The translations under genes were made by a program, and so were the position numbers. From the human T2T-CHM13v2.0 reference genome, Homo sapiens, in the NCBI RefSeq assembly GCF_009914755.1, contig NC_060930.1: DNA of 64,000 nt; one strand, 5' to 3'. The notes beneath the pieces were generated by a model, which searched no databases, was not told the DNA's origin, and saw only the letters and a program-made list of their open reading frames with translations. Position 1 is the first letter of the stretch; every line of letters begins with the position of its first letter. Positions 52,741 to 64,000 of the stretch are shown here, one piece after another.

Positions 52741-54069
52741 GTGGGGAGATTGGAGGGTAGATTATAAGACCCTAATTCAATCTGAACCAGTAAGCATAGA
52801 GACCACTGTCTAAGGTCCTGGAAATCAAAGGACAAAACCTGAGGGCATTGGAGCATGAGACTGGGGGACAGTCCAAATTCAAGCAACCAAATGAACAGAA
52901 TATAATGATGGCCTGAATGCTGCAGAAAATCCAGCCCCAAGTTCTAGCATTTCTTGACAGGTAGAAATGAGGAATGTTAAGGACCGCTAGGAAAAAAATA
53001 CATCAAACCCAATATATGAGAGAATTGATTATGAATGCTCTAGATTTTTACCCCAACCCTAAACTCATCCCATTCTTCCCTAGGTGCCAGGACTGGTGCT
53101 CATCTTTGCCCTTCAACGCTGTAGCCTCAGTTCCAAGGAGGAGAAGGATCAGCTGCGTGCCGGGGACAACTTCCTCATCATCCTCCCAGGGAAGTCTGTC
53201 GGAGGTTGTTTGTAATCAAGCCTTAAAAATCTATGACATGCAGCTGCACTGTCTGTGATGGCACGTACGTCAAGGAGAAAAATTCATGATTTGGGAATGC
53301 ATAGAGCTATGTTTTGCTCCTCCACACCCTAGTCAGATGCAGAGTTGTTTTGGTCCTCTACAGAGTTATAAATAAAAAGCCAGCTCTAAAGATTTGCTGA
53401 AGCAAACCCAAGGCCGAAGGAGCAATCCTTCTTAATTGACCTGACTTACACAATGCTTCTGGCATATGGTCTTGCTCTCCCCAGACAAAGAGAATGCCTA
53501 TAAAAAGAAATACATAACATTGGCCCTAGCATTATTTTAGAGTCACAGAATGTAAGTCACAGGGGATATTAGAGATCATTTTGCCCTATGCATGCATCTT
53601 ACAGATCAAGGGTGCCAGAGGTTGTGGAGCTATTTAATAGGATTCCTTGACTGGGATCCATTTTTATTTTAGAAACAAACACAATTAGATTCAATACCTT
53701 GGAAAACAGAATTTTGGTACACTTTGAAGTTATAGACAGCTGTCTCTGTTGTATCCTTGATACACTTAGAATAAGCAAAAGAGTAAAATAGGCTATGTAC
53801 TATACCCTCAAGTATTCAGTGCCTCATAATACAACCCCCAGGACCTATCATCGAACTTCTCCTGATTAGTGTCCCCTACTTGGGATGGGTCTCTCCATCC
53901 TCTTACGCGTCACCAAATTTCCCTATTATGTTTCCTGTTATCAGTGCCCTGACAAAAGGGTACTGGTCTGATAAACTCATTCAGCTCAGGGTGTACATAT
54001 AAATAGTAGCCTAATGAGAGTAAATTTGTAAAATACTTATCCACTAAATAACAATTTTTAAAAATAGAG

Positions 54070-54300
54070 GCCAACATTTTTTAGTATCAAGGTGCAGACA
54101 TTGCACCAATCATTTTAACCACATCATCTTATTTAATCTTGTCAACTCTACAACATAAGTATTGTATTATCCCCATTTTTTGGATGAGTAAAGCAAGGTT
54201 TGGAGTGGTCTCCCAAAGTCATACTATTAATAAATGGTCAAGCTGGGATTTCGATACAGGCCATTTGAATCCAAAGCCTATAGTTTTCACCACAGTGCCA
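54070..54300 (-). mobile_element. MIR SINE
   Basis: 'catcttatttaatcttgtcaactctac...tattatccccattttttggatgag...cccaaagtcatac...agctgggatttcg'. Confidence 0.8.
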
Positions 54301-54410
54301 TGAATTGTGACTGCTATAAATAACAATGACAACAAAAACCATAATACTTGCATATCTGCTTTAATGTATTTCTTCCAAAAGCACAAATCGTGGCCATTCA
54401 GACTGGTTTA

Positions 54411-54525
54411 CTTTATTTTTTTCTCCAGCTTTATTGAGACATGATTGACAAATAAAAATTGTGTATTTTCAAGGTGTGCAACGTGATGATTTGATATACA
54501 TATACATTATAAGTGATTACCACAT
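54411..54525 (-). mobile_element. Short L1M 3' terminal fragment
   Basis: 'ccagctttattgagacatgattgacaaataaaaattgtgtattttcaaggtgtgcaacgtgatgatttg'. Confidence 0.75.
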
Positions 54526-54697
54526 CAGTTCACTTCCAGAAGCCTTCATATAACCGCTTATTGGCAACTTCCTCATATCTCTGTATTTCCATTCATTAAT
54601 TTGGCCCTAATAATTTCAACAGCTATAAAAAATAACAGCAAGTCCAGACCTTCTCTGACAATGAAGCTGCCTCCATTTTTCCAAGATCAAGAGTTGC

Positions 54698-54780
54698 GGC
54701 TGGTTGTGGTGACCCAGGCCTGTAATCCCAGCACTTTGGGAGGCCGAGGTGAAATATTTAAATTAAAAAAAAAAAAAAAA
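54698..54780 (+). mobile_element. Mini-Alu: first ~54 nt of Alu followed by an A-rich tail
   Basis: 'ggctggttgtggtgacccaggcctgtaatcccagcactttgggaggccgaggtg' then 'aaatatttaaatt' and A16. Confidence 0.85.
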
Positions 54781-55786
54781 GGTGCAACGTCTTTGTCATT
54801 CCTCTGTGCTCTGTTTTCAGTCATATTATTTTCTTCATCATCGTTACTGTCCTGCTTCCTCCCTCAAGACTGTTCAAACTCCTCTGGCTTCTGGAAATGG
54901 TCTCTGTTACTGTAAGTGGTCAGAGACAGAAGGGCCATGAACGTGGCCTAACCCACTCCAGGAAACCCATCACCTTTTCAACTTCCCCTTTCCTCACGCC
55001 TCCTCCCTCCCCCAGCTGCTCTCCCTACTCCTTCGCTTCCTCATTTGCAGCATAAGAAAATGTGCCCGGGAAACCAGCACAGGACAAATCCTGGAACACA
55101 CTCAACATTGTACTTCCCATGAAGAGAGCAGTCACGTCTGGGCCTAGAAGCTCACAGTCAGCCTCCGGGGCTCTGAGGAGAAGGGGCCATTACCTCAGCC
55201 TCCCAGAGACAGACTCAGGCGCCCTGGCACCGCCACACACAGTGACACTGCCTGGCAGGGGGCTGTTTTTCACTGTCTCTACTGTCTGTGTGACTCCTGC
55301 AGCTGCCTCCAGTTCTCTAATCCAATCAGAGCTACATTGTCCTGTTTCTGTTATATTCATGCTCAGATTGCCAGACACAAGATATTTATCAATTCTGGCA
55401 AACCTGTCTCTCTCAAGAGAGGCCATCTCTGAGTCAGGCTGAGCTGCCTTACCTGCCCAGACTGTTCAGGGTCTTTCTTGGGTAAGACTCCACTTTCTAT
55501 GCCTTTTCCAATTCATTCACATTCCTTCATGCTCTCCAGGATCCTTGGGGGCAATTTAGTGCCCTTGATAACGTCTTGAGTGTGGTGGAAAGCCCCACTT
55601 CCTGCAGGGTGGTGCATGACATGGAAAGGCTGAGCTCCTCTGTTGACAGCATTCAGTCAAGGACTTACTGACGTGTTGTAACAAGCCATCTCCAAACCCG
55701 TCTGGTGGAAAACTGATGTACCTGTTCAAGGGGTGCAGACAATATTTAGAAGTTTTCCCCAAAAGTTATAATTACATTTTTCTTTC

Positions 55787-56304
55787 AAGTAAGACACAAT
55801 AATGACCTCCCCCCCACCCCCCGCAACATGCGCGCGCACGCACACACACACACGTTCTAATTCCCGGAACCCTGTGAATATGTGACCTTACCTGGCAAAG
55901 GGGACATTGCAGCTGTGATAAGTTAAGGATCCAGAGTTGAGGAGCGTATACTGGATTATTCAGGTGGGGTCAATGTATTCACATGGGTCCTTAACTATCA
56001 GAGTAACTTTCCTAGCTGTGATCAGAGAGAGGTGGCTAAGACAAGGCAACACTGCTGGCTTTGAAGATGAAGAAAGAGAATGTGAGCCAAGGAATAAAGA
56101 CAGCTTCTGGAAGCCAGAAAAGGCAAGAGAATGATTGTCCCCTAGAGCCTCTGGAAAGAAGGCAGCCCTCCAGTCACCTTGCTTTTACCCCAGTGAGAGC
56201 TGTGTGGGGCTTCCGACATCTAGAACTGTAAGATAATGAATTTGTGTTGTGTTAAGCCACTACATTTGTGGTGATTTGTTATGGTGGAGGTGGGAAACTC
56301 ATAT
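55787..56304 (+). mobile_element. MLT1D-like LTR
   Basis: 'gaaccctgtgaatatgtgaccttacctggcaaaggggacattgcag...agaactgtaagataatgaatttgtgttgtgttaagccact'. Confidence 0.88.
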
Positions 56305-57134
56305 AGGCCTAAAAGAAGGAACAGGTAGTTCAAGGACCTTTTCTTCTTAGAGCCACATTAGATAAGAAATTATCAAATACCCACCTCTTAATTGGCAGTT
56401 ACCCTCTCAACAGGCAACTGTCACAACATCTATGAAAAAGATAAGGTCATTGTGTCATCAAATGGGACTTGCTGCTATTTCCTGAAGAGATTCAACATGA
56501 GAAAGTTTGAAAAAAAAAAAAGAAAAAATGTAAAAGACCAACATTATCCAAACGACTTAGGAATATCTGTTGCTACTGACTGGGAAAAACATGGACTGTT
56601 ACATATTAATTTTAACCCTGAGCTCATTTCCAATGCAAACTGTTAACCTTTAACAGCAATGTTCTTTTTGATTACAAAGGAAATAAGCACAATGCAGAGT
56701 TAAACATTTTGTTTTCTAGAGTCTGAAAGACATAAAGGAATACTGGAATTCTTTGAGATCATTTGGAGTCAGGGCGACTTGGTTAATGTCAACTCACAAT
56801 TAAGGCTGGAGAACCTGTCTGCAGCCCATATTGTGGCATTTGGGAATTATGCAGGGCCCAGTCATCAAACTTTCAAGTGGAGAAAACTAGATCCAATGCC
56901 ATTCTGGTATGAAGTGGTTACACTTGTCCAAATTTGATCAAGAGTGTTTAAAGCAAATGTCAAGGTAATTGAAACTTTCTCTTGTCATTCGAGTTTCATT
57001 TCACACCTTCTCCCAAATATTACAAAAGTGAATTTTCTTTGCCCCAGCCCTTGAATATGGCATCAAAAAAAAAAACAGCTTTGTGTTCTTTTATTACTTA
57101 TCTTTATTTTAATTGTAAAAAAATTGAGTTAATA

Positions 57135-57310
57135 AAAATTGCTACTATTTACTGAGCAACTATTATGTGCCAGTCACCTGAGATTCACTATCTCATTTAA
57201 TCCCTCAATTAAGGATTATTATTTCCATTCATTACATGAAAAAAATGAGGTTGGAAAGTCTAAATGACTTGCCCAAACTCACAGAGTGAGAGGTGGTGAA
57301 TGCCAGAACA
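57135..57310 (-). mobile_element. MIR SINE
   Basis: 'tatttactgagcaactattatgtgccag...tctcatttaatccc...aaatgacttgcccaaactcacag'. Confidence 0.8.
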
Positions 57311-57901
57311 TCTTCACCGCTCCTTGGTCCAGGGGCTCTTGGTTCACTCATTATTTCCTATGTTTCTTTAGTATGAAATATAGTCAAAGCCAAAAAGAAG
57401 TGTAAAATAAAATTTATTAGTAACCGGTGGGTCCACTATGAGTTTATGAGTCCATGCCCCCACCTCAAATTTGGGCTTCCCATAGCAGTATGCAGAGAGG
57501 ACCACCAGCTTCCCTCTCTGGGGTAGACGAATAGGGAACTAACAAACCTCTTCCTCATTTTTAAGTGTGGCTTAAGCAGTCAGTAATTAAATTTATCTTG
57601 TGATACGGCATCCTGAGAGGCCTGGAAGGGTAGGAATACCAACATGGCCTGAAGGCACATGTCACAATTGAGGATCACAAGTTACTTTAGTTTTATCAGT
57701 GCTTCCTAAAAATGTTTTCCTAGTATCCTAGTGCCATGCACATTGGTGTATTTGCTGTATCAAGGTAGTTAGCCCTCAGATGTTTCCTCTTCTATAGTTC
57801 CTGGCCCACCCTCCACTCTTTACATCAAAATAATTATTTCACAGAGGTTTTCTACTGCAATGGCTGCTGGGGAATAATTCCTCAACTCTCTCCTTTCTTA
57901 C

Positions 57902-58094
57902 CTTCCTTTTAGCTGCCTTAATTCTGCTCCATCTTGCAATTTCATTGGCCAGTCTTAATTTCTCCAATTTGCTGTGTAGTTGCCATGATGTTATGATTTC
58001 CTTGTGAATCACATTACAATGTCTGGAGCTCCGTTCAGGTGGGTGGAGGACTTTCAGCAAAGAATTAGTAATAATAGTATGATTGCATTGTCTG
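57902..58094 (-). other. Candidate internal exon (193 nt) of an unidentified transcript, probably non-coding
   Basis: Minus-strand acceptor 'ttttattcttggttgttcttgtag|cag' and donor 'AAG|GTAAGA' in unique sequence; no expression evidence. Confidence 0.35.
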
Positions 58095-59294
58095 CTACAA
58101 GAACAACCAAGAATAAAATACAGTGAATTCATTTTTTCTGGTTCTAGTCACTTAAGTTTTGCTATCCAGCAGGAACAATGCTGTTTTCGCTAAGGAGCCC
58201 ACCTTAGCTCATTGGTGTAGTGATCAATACTTATGACATTTTATCACTTACGTAGGTATATAATTAATATGATACAATTACTGTTTATATGCTGTGGCAG
58301 TGGATTTAAAAAACACGAGAGGTGATAAGACAATGAGTTTAGGGTTTTTGTTTGGGTTTGGTTTTGAGTTATGTTCCCAGGCTCAGAAGAATCACTAGCA
58401 TTATGGGCAGTATACCTGTAGATGGGTCAAAATATGACAGTAAATGCCTTGTGAGAAAGTAGGTCACTTCTTGCGGAGATTGTTCTAATGCAAGAAATAA
58501 AAGAGAAAGCAATCCATCTGGGATCTGGCCTTTCATTTTTCTGATTTAGAGTTCGGGCCGAAATGTAAGAAAACCTGCATTCTGTTCCTGTGCTTAGTAC
58601 TCATTCTTCCAGGATTCCTCAGGGTTACAAGTAATAAAACAGGCAGAGAATTGCAAGCAAGAAGACACAAACTTCCTTCTAAAATATTGGACAAGGCCAA
58701 CCTCTATAGTCAGACTAATACAGAGTGAAATTCAGGAACAATGATACCAGCAAACAAAACCAAAACGAAACAGAAAGCTGTATGCCAACTCAACATCAGG
58801 AAATATGACTACCTATAATTTGCCTTAATAATATCTGAATGAAATGTAGAAATTATAAGTAGGAGAGATTAAAAATAAATTACAAAATTTACAGGTGCTA
58901 GACTAAGTGTAATCAGACTTCAAACACATCCAGATTAAATATCAAAGGTCTTGATGTAAAATATTTCATTAAGGGAAGCTGAGAAAGCCTTGGCATACTA
59001 AAATAAGAGAAGAACAAACATTAATAATAACTTTGTTATAAGGATGACTGATACCTGTAGTAACCATGTACAAAATTTTCTTTGGAGTTATTATTTTCCC
59101 CAAATTTCAGTATTTCTAATGCACATCTCAAGGTCATAATTTTTCTTCTATTTCTGAAGTTTAGCAAACACATTACGAATTCCCTGGAAGGGGCTAGAGC
59201 ATGGGAAGATAAAGGCAAGGGGCTAATATTTTCTTCAGATAACTGACCAAGAAACAGTGAAGATGTGTTGAGTGATATCTTCAAAATCATGTAT

Positions 59295-61384
59295 TAGACT
59301 TTTACTTCTAGAAGATGAAATGGTTTGCACCAAACCAATTATTAAGAACAAACAGAAAAGCCAGATAAAATATTTTTTAAAAAAGTCAGGAACAACAACC
59401 CTCTACTTGAAGGCATTGGAAAGAGACTGAGGCAACCAGGATTTGACGAACCAACATCCTGGAGAGAAGAGAAAAAGGAGAAACAGAGAGCTGAGCTGAT
59501 ATTCTACAAGCAGGTTTTCCCCTTAGAGCAATTGACAGATTTTGGCTTGAAACCAGAAGTTAAGAATCCACTTTACAGGACTGAGCTAATAAACAGAGAA
59601 ATAAACAGAGCTTATAGAAATCTCACACGGCTGTAGACAAAAAAAAACACACAAAAGAGAAAACAAAACAAAAATAGTAAGATGGGATGGTGGGGGGAGG
59701 GGGACGGGGGGGCAGTTGCCAAAGTATCCAAGACTTAAGGGAACAGAATCCAGGAGAGAAGGGTAGCAGGAGGAAGTAGACTAGATATACTCATTTTCTC
59801 CAAGAGGCATTTGCTGATTTTTTCTTAAGCTGCATAAGACAAGAAGCAGAGCAGGAAGTCACAGAAAATCAGAGCAGAGTTTTTGACCTTCTCACAGAGT
59901 TGAAGTGGCAAAAATTGGAGTTCAGAACCTGTCAAGGTGGAGAAGCCCCAGTCAATACTCCAGGATCTCAGCTGAGACTTCTGGGGGCTACACCCCAATG
60001 AGGAGTGAACCAGAAGTCGATGCAACTGTCAGAACTTCAGAACAATGTATACACTCACACATACAGACACCCTATTGGTGTGTTTCTCTGGAGAACACTG
60101 ACCAATAAAGAGCAAAGGACTCAAATGGGAACAGGAGAAAGCTTTAATTCATGTAACTGGAACTCCAGAGGCAAGGAGAGAATGACAATGAGGAAGAAAC
60201 ACTATTTGAAGGTATAATGGCTTAGTATTTATCAAACCCAATGAAGGACTTGAGCCACAGATTGATTCAAGGAGCATTATAAAAACCAAATTGGAGAAAT
60301 ACTAAGAAAACCATACCTAGGCACCCCACTGCTAAAAACAAGAAAAAGAGTTTCTTGGGAATGATGTCAGCAAAATGGCGGAGTAGGCAGCTCCAAGATC
60401 CAGTACCCCCAAAAAAACATCAAAAAAAACAGCAAAAACTATCAGAACCAAATATATAAGAATGTTGAGAAAGAGTCATGATTTGCAGCAACTTAAGAAA
60501 ATGTGGAATTAAGAAAAAGGCAACTTTTAAAACTTCCTGGCATTCAAGGAAATCTTTGTCAAATTGCCAATGGGACACAAACTAAGGGACAGAGATTTCA
60601 GTGATACCACACTTCAGAATTTAGGAAACCTCATATTTTTGGTGGGAGTATAAAATGAAGCAGCCACTGTAGAAAACAGTTCAGCTGTTTCTCCTGAAGT
60701 TAACATAGAATATCATATTATCCAGCAATTTTTCTCCTAGGTATATACCCAAAATATTAAAAACAAGGACTCAAATGGATACTTGTATGCCAATATTCAT
60801 TGCAGGATTATTCACAATAGCCAAAAGGTAAAACAACCTAAATGTCCACCAACAGATGAATGGATAAACAAGACAATATATCCATACAATGGAATGTCAA
60901 TCAGCCATAAAAGGAATGAAGTTCTAATACGTGCTACATCACATATGAACCATGAAAACATGCTAAGTGAAAGAAGTCAGTCACAAAAAAGTAAATATTA
61001 TTATTCCATTTATATAAAATTCCTACAATAGACAAAATTATAGAGACAGCAGATAGAATAGAGATTACCAGAAGCTGGGGAAAGGCTGTAATGGGAATTT
61101 ATTGCTTAATGGATATGGAGTTTCTGTCTGCGATGACGGAAAAGTTTTGAAAATAGTTGTGATGGTCACACAACATTAAAAGTTGCTAGATAAGATGGGA
61201 ACCTTATTTTCAAAGGATCAATGACACTGACAGCTGACTCCTCTAGAGAAACATGTAATCAGAAGATAACATACTAATATGTTTAAAGTGTTTTAAAGTG
61301 CCAGATCTACCAAGAATTCAATAATAGTGAAAATATTCTTTACCAGTAAAAGGTAAGTAAAGGCACTTCTAGGAAAAAAACTGA
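59295..61384 (+). mobile_element. Old L1M/HAL1-like 5' and ORF1 region, interrupted by an MLT2 end (~60025-60106) and a younger L1M (~60355-61180)
   Basis: ORF1-like 'taactggaactccagaggcaaggagag...atttgaaggtataatggc...aaaaccatacctaggcac' continuing at 'acagctgactcctctagagaaac'; MLT2 end 'cctattggtgtgtttctctggagaacactgaccaata'. Confidence 0.6.
60355..61180 (+). mobile_element. L1MB-like element: 5' end-like segment joined to 3' end
   Basis: 'atgatgtcagcaaaatggcggagtaggcagctcc' then 'ctcctaggtatatacccaaaa...aaacaacctaaatgtccaccaacagatgaatggataaac'. Confidence 0.75.
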
Positions 61385-62168
61385 TTTTTTTTTTTACTTT
61401 TATGTTAAATTCAGGGAAACATGTGCAGGATGTGCAGGATTTTTACACAGGAAAACGTATCTCATAAAGGTTTATTGTACAGATTATTTCATCACCCAGG
61501 CATTAAACACAGTATCCATTAGTTATTTTTCCTGATTCTCTCCCTCATCCACTTTCCACCCTCCAATAGGCCCCAGTGTGTGTTGTTCCACTCTATGTGT
61601 CCATGTGTTCTCATTATTTAGATTCCACTTATAAGTGAGAACATGCAGTATTTGGTTTTCTGTTCCTGCATTAGTTTGCTAAGGATAATGGCCTCCAGCT
61701 CCATCCATGTCCCTGCAAAGGACATGATCTCATTCTTTTTATGGCTGTATAGTATTCCGTGGTGTATATGTATCACATTTTCTTTATGCAGTCTATCATT
61801 GACAGGCACTTGGATTGATTCCATGTCTTTCCTATTGTGAATAGGGCTGCAGTAAGCATATGCATCCATGTGTCTTTACAATCGAATGATTTATATTCCT
61901 TTGGGTATATACCCAGTAATAGGGATTGCTCGGTTGAATGATATTTCTGTTTTTAGGTCTTTGAGGAAATGCCACACTGTCTTCTACAATGATTGTACTA
62001 ATTTACACCCCTACCAACAGTGTATAAGCATTCCTTTTTCTCTACAAACTTGCTGGCATCTCTTATTTTTTGACCTTTTAATAATAGCCTTTTTGACTGG
62101 TGTGAGATGGTATCTCATTATGGTTTTGATTTTCATTTTTCCAATAATCAGTGATGTTGAGCTTTTTT
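61385..62168 (-). mobile_element. L1PA11-13-like 3' end
   Basis: Poly-T tail, then 'catgtgcaggatgtgcagg...attatttcatcacccagg...gactggtgtgagatggtatctcatt'. Confidence 0.92.
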
Positions 62169-62173
62169 AAAAA

Positions 62174-62300
62174 TTTTTTTGTAGAGATGGGGTCTTGCCC
62201 TGTTGCCCCAGGCTGGTCTCAAACTCCTGGGCTCCAGCAACCTTCCTGCCACGGCCTCCCGAAGTGCTGGGATTATAGGTGTGAGCTACTGCACCTGGCC
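62174..62300 (-). mobile_element. Alu left monomer (FLAM_C or AluJ left arm)
   Basis: 'ttttgtagagatggggtcttgccctgttgccccaggctggtctcaaactcctgggctc...gcacctggcc'. Confidence 0.88.
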
Positions 62301-63053
62301 TCTGCCATTTCCTTTGTCTCTTTACCAACATTCAGCACAAGGATGTCCTTCATCAAATTATTAAGACTAAGGGTCAAGACAATTGCTAGAAATTAGCCTG
62401 AGCTTAACCCAAGTTCGTCTTCTGCCCTATGCAGCACTACCATGTATCTTATTCATCCCCCTCATTAGCCTACCTACCTCATTCACACCCCATTTAGTGT
62501 TTCCACAATGGCTGATGGAAGCCTAATGCAACCAATATCCCAGTAGGAAGTCATTAACTACCATCTCCCCTTTACAACTACTAAGAGAGAGCATACCAAA
62601 ATAATGGTACACTCCCTGCCACCCCCATTCTATCCAGCACTCAACAGTGAGGATCCTGACACTCGGTCCCCTGGGTACAGAAAACAAACTCACACAGTGT
62701 TGCCACTGGAAGGTCAGAGCCCTTCAAATCGTATTCCTACATAATCACCTGTTACTTCTTGGCAGGCCAGCCTTTTCTTGACTTCAATTCAGTTATTTGG
62801 GCCCTAACTAAAGTGATCTTCCAAGACTGTTGTTTTGGCCTGAAATCCATTGGGTTTAATTGTTTTTAAGGGTGCTAAACACCATATTAAACAGTGTTGA
62901 CTGATATCTCACTTATTTGAATAACGCCAGTTATCAATGGTTTCATCACGTGAATGGCACGGATCACTCTGCAGACTATGCAGCCTGATGCATAGGAAGG
63001 TTCCAAAAGAAATAGTCTCGAGATGGCTTTTGATTTTATTTAAGAGTATGGTG

Positions 63054-63435
<382 letters not shown>

Positions 63436-64000
63436 TTAGGAGGATCCCAGACATATTAGACCAATATCTAAGATTCAGCAAGCTTAAAGTTAAATATGTC
63501 TGTGTTAAGGAAATGGATGTCTAACCCCAAGTCATTTCCTTATTTTTTGAAATCCCCTCTGAATTGGGAATGGGCATTCTTATGGGGTAAAGAAAATCCT
63601 ATGAAATCTTTTTTGAGACAACAGTATCAATTGATAGCTAAGCAGCTGTCCCTCAGATAAGCATTTAAAATCATGGAAATATCCTGAAGGTCCAGGGGAG
63701 ATGATGAGACATGCTATGTATCATTGCTATTTATAAAGGATGTATAACTTACTTGGAAGTTACCAGTCTGTGTGGGATATGTGAGACCTGAGGAATGGTT
63801 CTTCCAATGGCAGTGAACTTCCATTGATCATGGACTTCCTGAGTAACCAGCTGTCTCAAGCCTGCTTCCTCACAGATCTTTCTCCAGGATGCTATCCCAG
63901 AATTCCAGTCATGAAGTCACCACTTTGGGATGTCATCTGCTACAAGTTTTTGAGCCAGCAGACCATTGAGCACCTGCCAGTTGCCAAACTATGGATGGCA

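Noticed and set aside
48862-55442. Longest unique-sequence ORFs (48862-49290, 50120-50545, 55062-55442)
   Set aside because: Ser/Leu/Pro/Phe-rich composition with no recognisable family; lengths plausible by chance in 64 kb
61385-62300. Possible Alu-L1 template-switch chimera (Alu left monomer directly 5' of an L1PA 3' end on minus)
   Set aside because: No shared TSD around the pair; adjacent insertions plus a deletion explain it equally well

Overview
Primate, very probably human, non-coding genomic DNA (AT-rich, CpG-depleted, no CpG island). I see no protein-coding gene, structural RNA gene, processed pseudogene or prokaryotic system. The supplied ORFs are short and mostly read through Alu, L1, MaLR LTR or microsatellite sequence. 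By eye, close to half the window is interspersed repeat. This includes a solo HERV-H LTR7 with a perfect TSD, several Alus, L1PA/L1MA/L1MB/L1M fragments, many MaLR LTRs (THE1, MST, MLT1), a decayed ERV1 internal region, MER74, MIR, L2, an L3/CR1, MamSINE1, MER5A and MER94. The most notable structures are: (1) a 42-bp segment apparently copied from 1.28 kb away into an old MLT1 LTR; (2) a fold-back palindromic scar inside a THE1 LTR that is itself nested 7 bp from the end of an MSTA LTR; (3) the LTR7 with a duplicated SOX-type motif and nearby splice signals; (4) an old L1 with twin-priming inversion geometry inside a multi-layer L3 stack; (5) a CTCF site with its upstream module; and (6) a well-formed minus-strand candidate exon in unique DNA. 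Repeat subfamily names come from remembered consensus sequences and need RepeatMasker/Dfam confirmation. I cannot identify the locus, and I found no evidence of a new multi-gene biological system.
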